NCBI GenBank assembly: GCA_964016885.1
Contig: OZ024740.1
Location: 416,950,001 to 417,014,000, forward strand
Length of the DNA stretch: 64,000 bases
DNA from: Eledone cirrhosa
Lineage: Eukaryota
Direction of reading: 5' to 3'
Position 1 is the stretch's first letter, and every line of letters starts with the position of its first letter. A program made the position numbers and the translations under genes. The notes beneath the pieces were generated by a model that had not been told where the DNA came from, made no database searches, and worked only from the letters and a program-made list of their open reading frames with translations. Positions 15,001-26,500 of this stretch are shown one piece after another.

Positions 15001-18000
15001 GGTGTTGGCACAGTATAGTTTGTTGTGATGTGTTGGTGGTGTTGGTACAGTATAGTTTGTTGTGATGTGTTGGTGGTGTTGGTACAGTATAGTTTGTTGT
15101 GATGTGTTGGTGGTGTTGGTACAGTATAATTTGTTGTGATGTGTTGGTGATGTTGGTACAGTATAGTTTGTTGGTGGTGTTGGTAGAGTATAGTTTATTG
15201 TGATGTGTTGGTGGTGTTGGCACAGTATAGGTTGTTGTGATGTGTTGGTGATGTTGGTAGAGTATAGTTTGTTGTGATGTGTTTGTGGTGTTGGCACAGT
15301 ATAGTTTGTTGTGATGTGTTGGTGTTGTTGGTACAGTATAGTTTGTTGTGATGTGTTTGTGGTGTTGGCACAGTATAGTTTGTTGTGATGTGTTGGTGGT
15401 GTTGGCACAGTATAGTTTGTTGTGATGTGTTGGTGGTGTTGGTAGAGTATAGTTTGTTGTGATGTGTTGGTGGTGTTGGTAGAGTATAGTTTGTTGTGAT
15501 GTGTTGGTGGTGTTGGTAGAATATAGTTTGTTGTGATGTGTTGGTGGTGTTTGCACAGTATAGTTTGTTGTGATGTGTTGGTGGTGTTCGTAGAGTATAG
15601 TTTGTTGTGATGTGTTGGTGGTGTTGACACAGTATAGTTTGTTGTGATGTGTTGGTGGTGTTGGCACAGTATAGTTTGTTGTGATGTGTTGGTGCTGTTG
15701 GTACAGTATATTCTGTTCTGATGTGTTGGTGGTTTTGGTACATTCTAGTTTGTTGTGATATGTTGGTGGTGTTGATACAGTATAGTTTGTTGTGATGTGT
15801 TGGTGGTGTTGGTAGAGTATAGTTTGTTGTGATGTGTTGGTGGTGTTGGTAGAGTATAGTTTGTTGTGATGTGTCGGTGGTGTTGGTACAGTATAGTTTG
15901 TTGTGATGTGTTTGTGGTGTTGGTACAGTATAGTTTGTTGTGATGTGTTGGTGGTGTTGGTACAGTATAGTTTGTTGTGATGTGTTGGTGGTGTTGGTAC
16001 AGTATAATTTGTTGTGATGTGTTGGTGATGTTGGTACAGTATAGTTTGTTGGTGGTGTTGGTAGAGAATAGTTTATTGTGATGTGTTGGTGGTGTTGGCA
16101 CAGTATAGTTTGTTGTGATGTGTTGGTGGTGTTGGTAGAGTATAGTTTGTTGTGATGTGTTGGTGGTGTTGGTAGAGTATAGTTTGTTGTGATGTGTTGG
16201 TGGTGTTGGTAGAGTTTAGTTTGTTGTGATGTGTTGATGGTGTTGGTAGAGTATAGTTTGGTGTGATGTGTTGATGGTGTTGGTACAGTATAGTTTGTTG
16301 TGATGTGTTGGTGCTGTTGGCACAGTATAGTTTGTTGTGATGTGTTGGTGATGTTGGTAGAGTATAGTTTGTTGCGATGTGTTGGTGGTGTTGGTACATT
16401 ATAGTTTGTTGTGATGTGTTGGTGGTGTTGATACAGTATAGTTTGTTGTGATGTGTTGGTGATGTTGGTAGAGTATAGTTTGTTGTGATGTGTTGGTGGT
16501 GTTGGTAGAGTATAGTTTGTTGTTATGTGTTGGTGGTGTTGGCACCGTATAGTTTGTTGTGATGTGTTGGTGGTGTTGGTACAGTATAATTTGTTGTGAT
16601 GTGTTGGTGCTGTTGGCACGGCATAGTTTGTTGTGATGTGTTGGTCGTGTTGGTACAGTATAGTTTATTGTGATGTGTTGGTGGTGTTGGCACAGTATAG
16701 TTTGTTGTGATGTGTTGGTGGTGTTGGTAGAGTATAGTTTGTTGTGATGAGTTGGTGGTGTTGGTAGAGTATAGTTTGTTGTGATGTGTTGGTGGTGTTG
16801 GTAGAGTATAGTTTGTTGTGATGTGTTGGTGGTGTTGACACAGTATAGTTTGTTGTGATGTGTTGGTGGTGTTGGTACAGTATATTTTGTTGTGATGTGT
16901 TGGTGGTGTTGGTTCAGTATAGTTTGTTGTGATGTGTTGGTGGTGTTGGTACAGTATAGTTTGTTGTGATGTGTTGGTGGTGTTGGCACAGTATAGTTTG
17001 TTGTGATGTGTTGGTGATGTTGGTAGAGTATAGTTTGTTGTGATGTGTCGGTGGTGTTGGTACATTATAGTTTGTTGTGATGTGTTGGTGGTGTTGGTAG
17101 AGTATAGTTTGTTGTGATGTGTTGGTGGTGTTGGTACATTATAGTTTGTTGTGATGTGTTGCTGGTGTTGGCACAGTATAGTTTGTTGTGATGTGTTGGT
17201 GATGTTGGTAGAGTATAGTTTGTTGTGATGTGTCGGTGGTGTTGGTACATTATAGTTTGTTGTGATGTGTTGGTGGTGTTGGTACAGTATAGTTTGTTCT
17301 GATGTGTTGGTGGTGTTGGTACATTATAGTTTGTTGTGATGTGTTGATGGTGTTGGTAGAGTATAGTTTGTTGTGATGTGTTGGTGGTGTTGGTACAGTA
17401 TAGTTTGTTGTGATGTGTTTGTGGTGTTGGCACAGTATAGTTTGTTGTGATGTGTTGGTGGTGTTGGTACAGTATAGTTTGTTGTGATGTGTTGGTGGTG
17501 TTGGTACAGTATAGTTTGTTGTGCTGTGTTGGTGGTGTTGGTACAGTATAATTTGTTGTGATGTGTTGGTGATGTTGGTACAGTATAGTTTGTTGGTGGT
17601 GTTGGTAGAGTATAGTTTATTGTGATGTGTTGGTGGTGTTGGCACAGTATAGTTTGTTGTGATGTGTTGGTGGTGTTGGTAGAGTATAGTTTGTTGTGAT
17701 GTGTTGGTGGTGTTGGTAGAGTATAGTTTGTTGTGATGTGTTGGTGGTGTTGGTAGAATATAGTTTGTTGTGATGTGTTGCTGGTGTTTGCACAGTATAG
17801 TTTGTTGTGATGTGTTGGTGGTGTTCGTAGAGTATAGTTTGTTGTGATGTGTTGGTGGTGTTGACACAGTATAGTTTGTTGTGATGTGTTGGTGGTGTTG
17901 GCACAGTATAGTTTGTTGTGATGTGTTGGTGCTGTTGGTACAGTATATTCTGTTGTGATGTGTTGGTGGTTTTGGTACATTCTAGTTTGTTGTGATATGT

Positions 18001-19567
18001 TGGTGGTGTTGATACAGTATAGTTTGTTGTGATGTGTTGGTGGTGTTGGTAGAGTATAGTTTGTTGTGATGTGTTGGTGGTGTTGGTAGAGTATAGTTTG
18101 TTGTGATGTGTTGGTGGTGTTGGTACAGTATAGTTTGTTGTGATGTGTTTGTGGTGTTGGTACAGTATAGTTTGTTGTGATGTGTTGGTGGTGTTGGTAC
18201 AGTATAGTTTGTTGTGATGTGTTGGTGGTGTTGGTACAGTATAATTTGTTGTGATGTGTTGGTGATGTTGGTACAGTATAGTTTGTTGGTGGTGTTGGTA
18301 GAGTATAGTTTATTGTGATGTGTTGGTGGTGTTGGCACAGTATAGTTTGTTGTGATGTGTTGGTGGTGTTGGTAGAGTATAGTTTGTTGTGATGTGTTGG
18401 TGGTGTTGGTAGAGTATAGTTTGTTGTGATGTGTTGGTGGTGTTGGTAGAATATAGTTTGTTGTGATGTGTTGGTGGTGTTTGCACAGTATAGTTTGTTG
18501 TGATGTGTTGGTGGTGTTCGTAGAGTATAGTTTGTTGTGATGTGTTGGTGGTGTTGACACAGTATAGTTTGTTGTGATGTGTTGGTGGTGTTGGCACAGT
18601 ATAGTTTGTTGTGATGTGTTGGTGCTGTTGGTACAGTATAGTCTGTTGTGATGTGTTGGTGGTGTTGGTACATTATAGTTTGTTGTGATATGTTGGTGGT
18701 GTTGATACAGTATAGTTTGTTGTGATGTGTTGGTGGTGTTGGTAGAGTATAGTTTGTTGTGATGTGTTGGTGGTGTTGGTAGAGTATAGTTTGTTGTGAT
18801 GTGTTGGTGGTGTTGGTACAGTATAGTTTGTTGTGATGTGTTGGTGGTGTTGGTAGAGTATAGTTTGTTGTGATGTGTTGGTGGTGTTGGTAGAGTATAG
18901 TTTGTTGTGATGTGTTGGTGGTGTTGGTAGAGTATAGTTTGTTGTGATGTGTTGGTGGTGTTGGTAGAGTATAGTTTGTTGTGATGTGTTGGTGGTGTTT
19001 GCACAGTATAGTTTGTTGTGATGTGTTGGTGGTGTTGGCACAGTATAGTTTGTTGTGATGTGTTGGTGGTGTTGGCACAGTATAGTTTGTTGTGATGTGT
19101 TGGTGGTGTTGGTAGAGTATAGTTTGTTGTAATGTGTTGGTAGTGTTGGTAGAGTATAGTTTGTTGTGATGTGTTGGTGGTGTTGGTAGAGTATAGTTTG
19201 TTGTGATGTGTTGGTTGTGTTGGCACAGTATAGTTTGTTGTGATGTGTTGGTGGTGTTGGCACAGTATAGTTTGTTGTGATGTGTTGGTGGTGTTGGCAC
19301 AGTATAGTTTGTTGTGATGTGTTGGTGGTGCTGGTACAGTATAGTTTGTTGTGATGTGTTGGTGATGTTGGTAGAGTATAGTTTGTTGTGATGTGTTCGT
19401 GGTGTTGGTAGAGTATAGTTTGTTGTGATGTGTTGGTGGTGTTTGCACAGTATAGTTTGTTGTGATGTGTTGGTGGTGTTGGCACAGTATAGTTAGTTGT
19501 GATGTGTTGGTGCTGTTGGCACAGTATAGTTTGTTGTAATGTGTTGGTGGTGTTGGTACAGTATAGT
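1..19567. repeat. 37-bp satellite array, roughly 530 copies, intronic, runs off the left edge
   Basis: Unit GTGTTGGTAGAGTATAGTTTGTTGTGATGTGTTGGTG with variants (GGCACAG, GGTACAG, GACACAG, GGTACATT) and occasional 9-10 bp deletions. Confidence 0.99.
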
Positions 19568-19579
19568 GATGTGTTGTTA

Positions 19580-19711
19580 TTTATTATGTTGTTATTTATT
19601 ATGAGAACAATACCTTAATGTCTGTATGAGCAGTCAGTTACAGCCATTTTGAACAGAAAGAGTTAAAAGGATTCTGGCCAGATATGGCCGGTTTAAATGC
19701 TAAAGGTTTAA
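19580..19711. mobile_element. Right half of a piggyBac-like MITE, abutting the satellite
   Basis: Matches the right half of the 41313-41597 copy and ends TAAATGCTAAAGGT-TTAA. Confidence 0.75.
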
Positions 19712-19730
19712 AGCTATAAATTTCACTTAC

Positions 19731-19840
19731 TCTACTTGGTGAGAGACACTTCTGAGTATCAAGATCAATCTCACATGCTTCCCCAGTATACTGAGATTGG
19801 CATTTACATTTGCCACAGACACATTTTCCGTGGGTAATAC
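19731..19840 (-). CDS. Integrin beta-like coding exon 13 (I-EGF3/4); last exon in the window
   Basis: (G)ITHGKCVCGKCKCQSQYTGEACEIDLDTQKCLSPSR; ATTTCAG acceptor, GTAAGT donor; no stop codon, so the gene continues past position 1. Confidence 0.95.
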
Positions 19841-22800
19841 CTGAAATAATTAAAGGTAAACTTAATTAAAGGTAAACATAATTAAAGGTAAACATATTAT
19901 GTCAAGAAATCACATGTATACATACACATATTTATATTTCGTCATACTGGGGTTGCTTTCTAGTCATTAGACAAAGCAAAATATATGTTTACCTTTGGCA
20001 CAGGTATGAAAGAAGAAGACATACATACATACATGATGGCTGCAACTCGATTTTGAGTAATACCATCGCTTGATACTTACTTAAGCATGAGCATCACGGA
20101 TGCAGCTTTTTAGTCCTGCTAGGAACTTGCCTATCGCCAGCAATGCCATGCATCGCAAAAAATGTCACATAACATGCGATGCCTGTGCTTAAAGCTTTTT
20201 TTAAGTGAGAAAAGGCTTTGCACAGGACCAATCCCACTTTATGGTCATCAAATGCATTTACCCAAAAAGAAGAACTGGTCTACATCATGCAAATGAAGTC
20301 GCAGGTTTTATATCAGAGTGGACTTCTCCAAGAGAGATGTCTTAATGAAGACCAGGAGCCTCTCGCTCCAGAAAAAAAAAATACATACATACATACATAT
20401 ATTAATGCTAAGATAATGTGAAGACAGTAGCATCATCATCATCACCGTTTTACGTCCGTTCTTCCATGCTAGCATGGGTTAAACTGGTTGTCCTGTTGTG
20501 CGCAGTGTCCAGTCGGCTGACTTTGTCTTGCTCATACGGGAACTGATTCTGGCTTGATTTCTACAGCTGGATGCCCTTCCTAACACCAACCTCATTTACA
20601 GTGAATGCTCGGAGCTTTTTTCCGTGGCGCCCGCACGTCCACTTTACAGTGGGAGGGGGTGGGGGCATATTGTCTATATGCTTTAGCTTCGGTTTGTACC
20701 CATGGGAAGTCGGGTCTTCTGTATTACTGCGTGACGCCAGAAGTCACGGTCGTGTATCATCACCCTTGAGAGGTGCAATTGGGTAAGGTCGGCTTTTATC
20801 ACCTCATCCCTGGTCTTCTTGGGTCTCCCCACTCCACGGCATAGATTAACTAAAAACTGATCCAACCAAGAACTTAACCCTAGCTGGAGAAATTACTGCA
20901 GGTAAATCTAATTAAAATTAATCAAAGAAGAGATATCCAGGTAATAACTTACCTCCACACAAAGAGTTATTATATTTCCTGCAACCCATTCTATTACATT
21001 CACAATATTTCCCAGTGTATTGGTCTCTTTTCAGCTACAACACAAATATAAACTTGCAATAATATCACAGTTGGTCAAATTATATATACATTTGAATGAC
21101 TTCCATCCTTCCATCAGACACTAGAGATGACTGAGGAAGGAAGGGGTGATGACGTGATGCACTAGAGATGACTGAGGAAGGAAGGGGTGATGACGTCACG
21201 CACTAGAGATGACTGAGGAAGGAAGGAAGGGGTGATGACGTGATGCACTAGAGATGATGTCACACACTAGAGATGACTGAGGAAGGAAGGGGTGATGATG
21301 TCACACACTAGAGATGATTGAGAAAGGAAGGAGTGATGATGTCACACACTAGAGATAACTGAGGAAGGAAGGAGTGATCATGTGATGCACTAGAGATGAT
21401 TGAGAAAGGAAGGGGTGATGACGTCAGACACTAGAGATGACTGAGGAAGGAAGGAAGGGGGTGATAACGTCAGACACTAGAGATGATTGAGAAAGGAAGG
21501 GGTTATGATGTGATGCCCTAGAGATGACCGAGGAAGGAAGGGGTGATGATGTCACACACTAGAGATGACTGAGGAAGGAAGGGGTGCTGACGTCACACAC
21601 TAGAGATGACTGAGGAAGGAAGGGGTGCTGACGTCACACACTAGAGATGACTGAGGAAGGAAGGGGTGATGATGTCAGGCACTAGAGATGACTGAGGAAG
21701 GAAGGGGTGATGACGTCAGACACTAGAGATGACTGAGGAAGGAAGGGGTGATGATGTCACACACTAGATGTAACTGAGGAAGGAAGAGGTGATGTCGTCA
21801 CATACTACAGATAACTGAGGAAGGAAGGGGTGATGACGTCACACACTACAGGTAACTGAGGAAGGAAGGGGTGATGACGTCAGACACTACAGGTAACTGA
21901 GGAAGGAAGAGGTGATAACGTCACACACTACAGGTAACTGAGGAAGGAAGGGGTGATGACGTCACACACTACAGATAACTGAGGAAGGAAGGGGTGATGA
22001 CGTCAGACACTAGAGATGACTGAAGAAGGAAGGGGTGCTGACGTCATGCACTAGAAATGATTGAGAAAGGAAGGGGTGATGATGTGATGCCCTAGAGATG
22101 ACTGAGGAAGGAAGGGTGCTGACGTCACACACTAGAGATGACTGAGGAAGGAAGGGGTGATGACGTCAGACACTAGAGATGACTGAGGAAGGAAGGGGTG
22201 ATGACGTCACGGTGGTGGTGGCAACAGCACCACCACCAACAACAACAACTGCAGCAACAACAACAGCACCACCAACAACAACAGCAACTGCAGCAGCACC
22301 ACCACCAACAACACCACCACAACCACAACAGCAACAACAACAGCAACAATAACAGCATCAACAACAACAACAACAACAACTACTACTCTAAACATAATCT
22401 GCAACATTATAACTTTCCAGCCTAGTTACGCCCCTTTACAGTCTGAGTTCAAATCCCGCCGAGGTTAACTTTGCCTTTCATCCTTACGGGGTCGATAAAA
22501 TAAAGTACCAGTAATGTACTGGGTAATTGCTGGCCTTGTGCCTAAAGTAGAAACAATTATAACTCTGAACATTAATGTAGAAATGTGAGAAAGTGTTGCT
22601 ATAGTTATTATATATTTACAATATCAGGTGAACAGTTGCAGGATCCACAGTGACACTTCCCTCGTCCAGAACAAACAAACTGGTCACCACTAGAAAAGAA
22701 AAACAACATTGAAAGATATGTGTTTACCTCCAACATAAGAGCAACAATGATGGGGTCATTCTACTGAAATGGCTTTAAAGAGGCTGTCTGCATAATTGCA

Positions 22801-23535
22801 AACAAATCAAATATTATTATTAATATTTCAAAAGGTGGAGGTGGATTGGCAGTATCGATAGAGAGTTGGACACTATGCTTTGTAGCATAGCGTTACAGCC
22901 CTTTATGATCTGCGTTCAAATCCCACCGAGGTTAACTTTACCTTTCATCCTTATGGGGTCGATAAAACAAAGTACCAGTAATACACTAGATAATTGCTGG
23001 CCTTGTGCCAAAAGTAGAAAGAAGTATTTATATTCGAAAAACTCAGATTACATTTATTGTATTCAGCCATGTAGAGTGATAAACTATTTGTTTGTTATTT
23101 AAATAATAATAGTGATTTCTACTATAGACACAAGGCCATGAGGATGAAAGCAAAGCTAACCTCAACAGGATTTGATCTCAAAATGTAAAAGGACATAACT
23201 CTATGCTGTGAAGCGTGTTGTCCAATGCTCTATCGATACTGCCAATCTACCACCCTTCATACAATAATAATAATAATAATGAAAATTATTGTGTACAGTG
23301 CTCAGGTGCACTGCAATCTCATATATATATATATAATAATAATAAATGTGAAGACTAAAATCCAGAGAGGGCTTGATAAGGATAAATATATATCAAATAT
23401 ACATTTTCAGAAGATCCCATTAAGGGTGAAAGCAGCGATTCTTTGCTTAATCTTTAATCTGTTATTTTAATATATGTATATATATCATCCCACCCTTGCA
23501 AGAAGGGAAAAGCGGACGTAAAATGATGATGATGA

Positions 23536-23582
<47 letters not shown>

Positions 23583-26500
23583 TGCATATATTCATGCATA
23601 TATTCATCCATGTGAAGGTGCATGGCTTAGTGGTTAGAGCATTGGCCTTGCAATCGAAGGTTGTGAGTTCAATTCTCAGACTGGGTGATGTGTTGTTTCC
23701 TTGAGCAACACACTTTATTTCACATTGCTCCAGTTTACTCAGCTGTAGAAATGAGATGATAGGACTGGAGTCCCTATCATTCCACTGCAAAGTGGTCGTG
23801 GAGGTGCCACAGCAAAAAGCACCCAGCCCACAATGTAAAGTGGACGTGTAGGCGGCACAGAAAAAAGCACCCAGCACTCACTGTAAATGAGGTTGGTGTT
23901 AAGAAGAGCATCCAGCTGTAGAAATCAAGCCAGAATCAGTTCCCATATAAGCAAGACATGGTCAGCCAACCGGGCACTGCCCACAACAGGACAACCCGTC
24001 TAACCCATGCTAGCATGGAAGAATGGACGTAAAACGGTGATGATGATGATGATGATGATCAGAAATGACAAGAAAAACACAGCAATGCAAAAACACAAAT
24101 TCTTATTAGTATCATATATATATAAATAGTTGGATTATGTGTTAAAAGATGAAGGTGACTAAATGAGATGAGAAATGGAAATGAATGTGGAAGAAAGAGA
24201 AGACACAGAGAGAAATGGTTAAAGATGATGGGAGAGGAAATGAAAGTTTGGGGTTGAGACAGTGTACTCCTCTTCTTTGCTATACACAACTGACACCTTT
24301 TAGACTTATTTGAATAGGCCAGGATCTTCTCAAGATGTTATATTTGATGGAGAAATGTGTGTTGCTATCCTTAAACCTCCAGATGTGACTGGCAAGTTTA
24401 GTATTGGATCACTTGTTTGAGTACCTGAAGGTCATCTTGTAGTTTAGGAATTTTTTTTTTAAAACTGCTTTTTGATATTCTCACGTAAGTCTTGACTTGT
24501 TGTTTGTTTGGTAGGGTTGAGATGACCTCAGCCTTGTATATCACAGATGCTACATTTCATGTTCTATCAAGGAGGCATACCTCCAATCTGTTGCATGAGT
24601 CAATCTGGTGTGGAGATCTTGGGTTTGTTGATGAAATAAGATCTAGCATTTCCACCACAGGAATAACTGGCCATTTTCTGTTAAATATCTTTCTATATTT
24701 ATGGCCGACAGGGACATGCTTGTCTATAAGAGTTAAGAACCTTTTTCTGGCATTAGTTTTAACATTTAGTGAGAAGCAGCATATAAAGCATATAATTTTT
24801 CTAGATCTATTTTTATTATTTTTAGTATCATAAAGGCAGTGAATTAGCAGTATCGGTAGAGGGTTGGACGCCATGCTTTCTAGCATAGTTACGTCCCCTT
24901 ACAGACTGAGTTCAAATCCTGCCAAGGTTAATTTTGCCTTTCATCCTTACGGGGTCGATAAAATAAAGTACCAGTAATGCACTGGGTAATTGCTGGCCTT
25001 GTGCCAAAAGTAGAAACAATTATTTCTAGTATCATATGATATATATGGTATGGTATTGTAACCTCTGATGGAGTCATAGAGTCACCTTATTGACATACCG
25101 CATTTCTTAGGCATTTAAAGCCTGGCAGAGCCCCTCTCCTCTCCAGGTCTACATTTTGTTCTCTTTAATCATATCTTGTGATGACAATTGTTGATGAGCA
25201 AAACAAAAGCAAAGCACATTCATAAAAAAATAGTAAATTTCTGTTAAAACACAGCACAAACATTTTATTTTGGTGTTGTTTAAAACAATAGGATAAAACT
25301 GTTAAATAAAGAATATGACTTACGGTTTCATACAATTTCTCTCATCAATGTTCTGAGATTTTGGACATTCACAATTTTTTCCATGCATTTGCTTTGAACA
25401 TTCACATTGTCCACATACAATTTTACCATTTCCATTGCAATGAAATTCACTGTTATTCTGAAAACAAGAGATATAAAAATATATGGGTCATTAAGAGAAT
25501 ACATGTGTAAGAGTATGTTATTGTTTTTACATATAATAGATTTGGGATTTATAAAAAATTTATTAGTTTTTACTATGTATTTTGTATTTATTTCTATCTT
25601 TTTTCTTTATTTTCTAGATGTTTTCTTTGTGTTTGTTAGAAACATCCAGAGAATGATTCATTATGAACATTCCTGGAATTAAATGGTAAACTAGATAAAA
25701 ACTGTGATTTCAAGCAAGACTAAACACAATTAGTCCAATTAAGTATTGCTACAACCTTCTTACTATTTTAATTTCTTGATTGATTGCACACCTGGTGTGA
25801 ACTTAAATGACAAACTATTTGAATTCTGTTTCAAAAAAAGAGGTAGAAGTGTTTTTTGGACTAAAATTAGTTGAAATAAAGTCTTGTTGTTGTTTTTGTT
25901 TCTTTGTTTTAATGTAATTAGAACTAAATTATTCATTTTGAAAAAACAACAGCAACATACCTTTTGAAAAATAAGTACTTTTAATTGTTGTTTAATTCCA
26001 GGTCAGCCCGGTTAGAACAGACCTAGAATCAAAGGTATTCCTGAGTTAAAAGTCTAAAGTTTGTCTCAAGCCTGGAGGCTCATCAGGCCAGTATTTATCT
26101 CAGTTTCTGTGGTGTGAAGTGACTAAAAGTACAAGACTTCCCTCTGGACAAGCCGTCACTCCATCATAGGGTTAAATTCACAGCCTCTACTAGTATTTAT
26201 TTTCAGCTGAGTATACTGGATCAACGAGAAATGAAGTGTTTTGCTCAAGAACTCAACAAGTGAACCCATGACATTATGATCATAAGTCCAACACCCTTAC
26301 CACTAGGCCACATGTCTCCACATTCCAGCCATAAACAGTTACACATTGTTTTTGAAGATATCTAGAACTACATTATCTAATGTAAGACTTCTTTTATTTT
26401 TAAGATGATGAGCAATCAAGAGATCACAGCTCTGATAATATGGATATGAGGCTAGAATGTCTAAGGAAAAAATTGCTGAACAGATTTTATGGGCAAAGCC

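Noticed and set aside
530-19485. Dozens of long Thr/His/Gln-rich minus-strand ORFs (mucin-like, up to 1145 aa)
   Set aside because: They are translations of a 37-bp satellite that cycles through all three frames; the same peptide appears in every frame and there is no signal peptide or unique sequence.
1-19567. CRISPR-like array, because of the 37-bp repeat length
   Set aside because: Units are head-to-tail with no unique spacers, there are no cas genes, and the context is eukaryotic.
20080-20192. Small element with imperfect inverted ends (TTAAGCATGAGCATC / GATGCCTGTGCTTAA)
   Set aside because: Single degenerate copy in the window; possibly an old MITE but not supported well enough to call.
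22728-22763. Possible extra exon ending in GAG|GTAAAC
   Set aside because: It would leave a 38-nt intron, and the flanking exons already join in frame with correct cysteine spacing.
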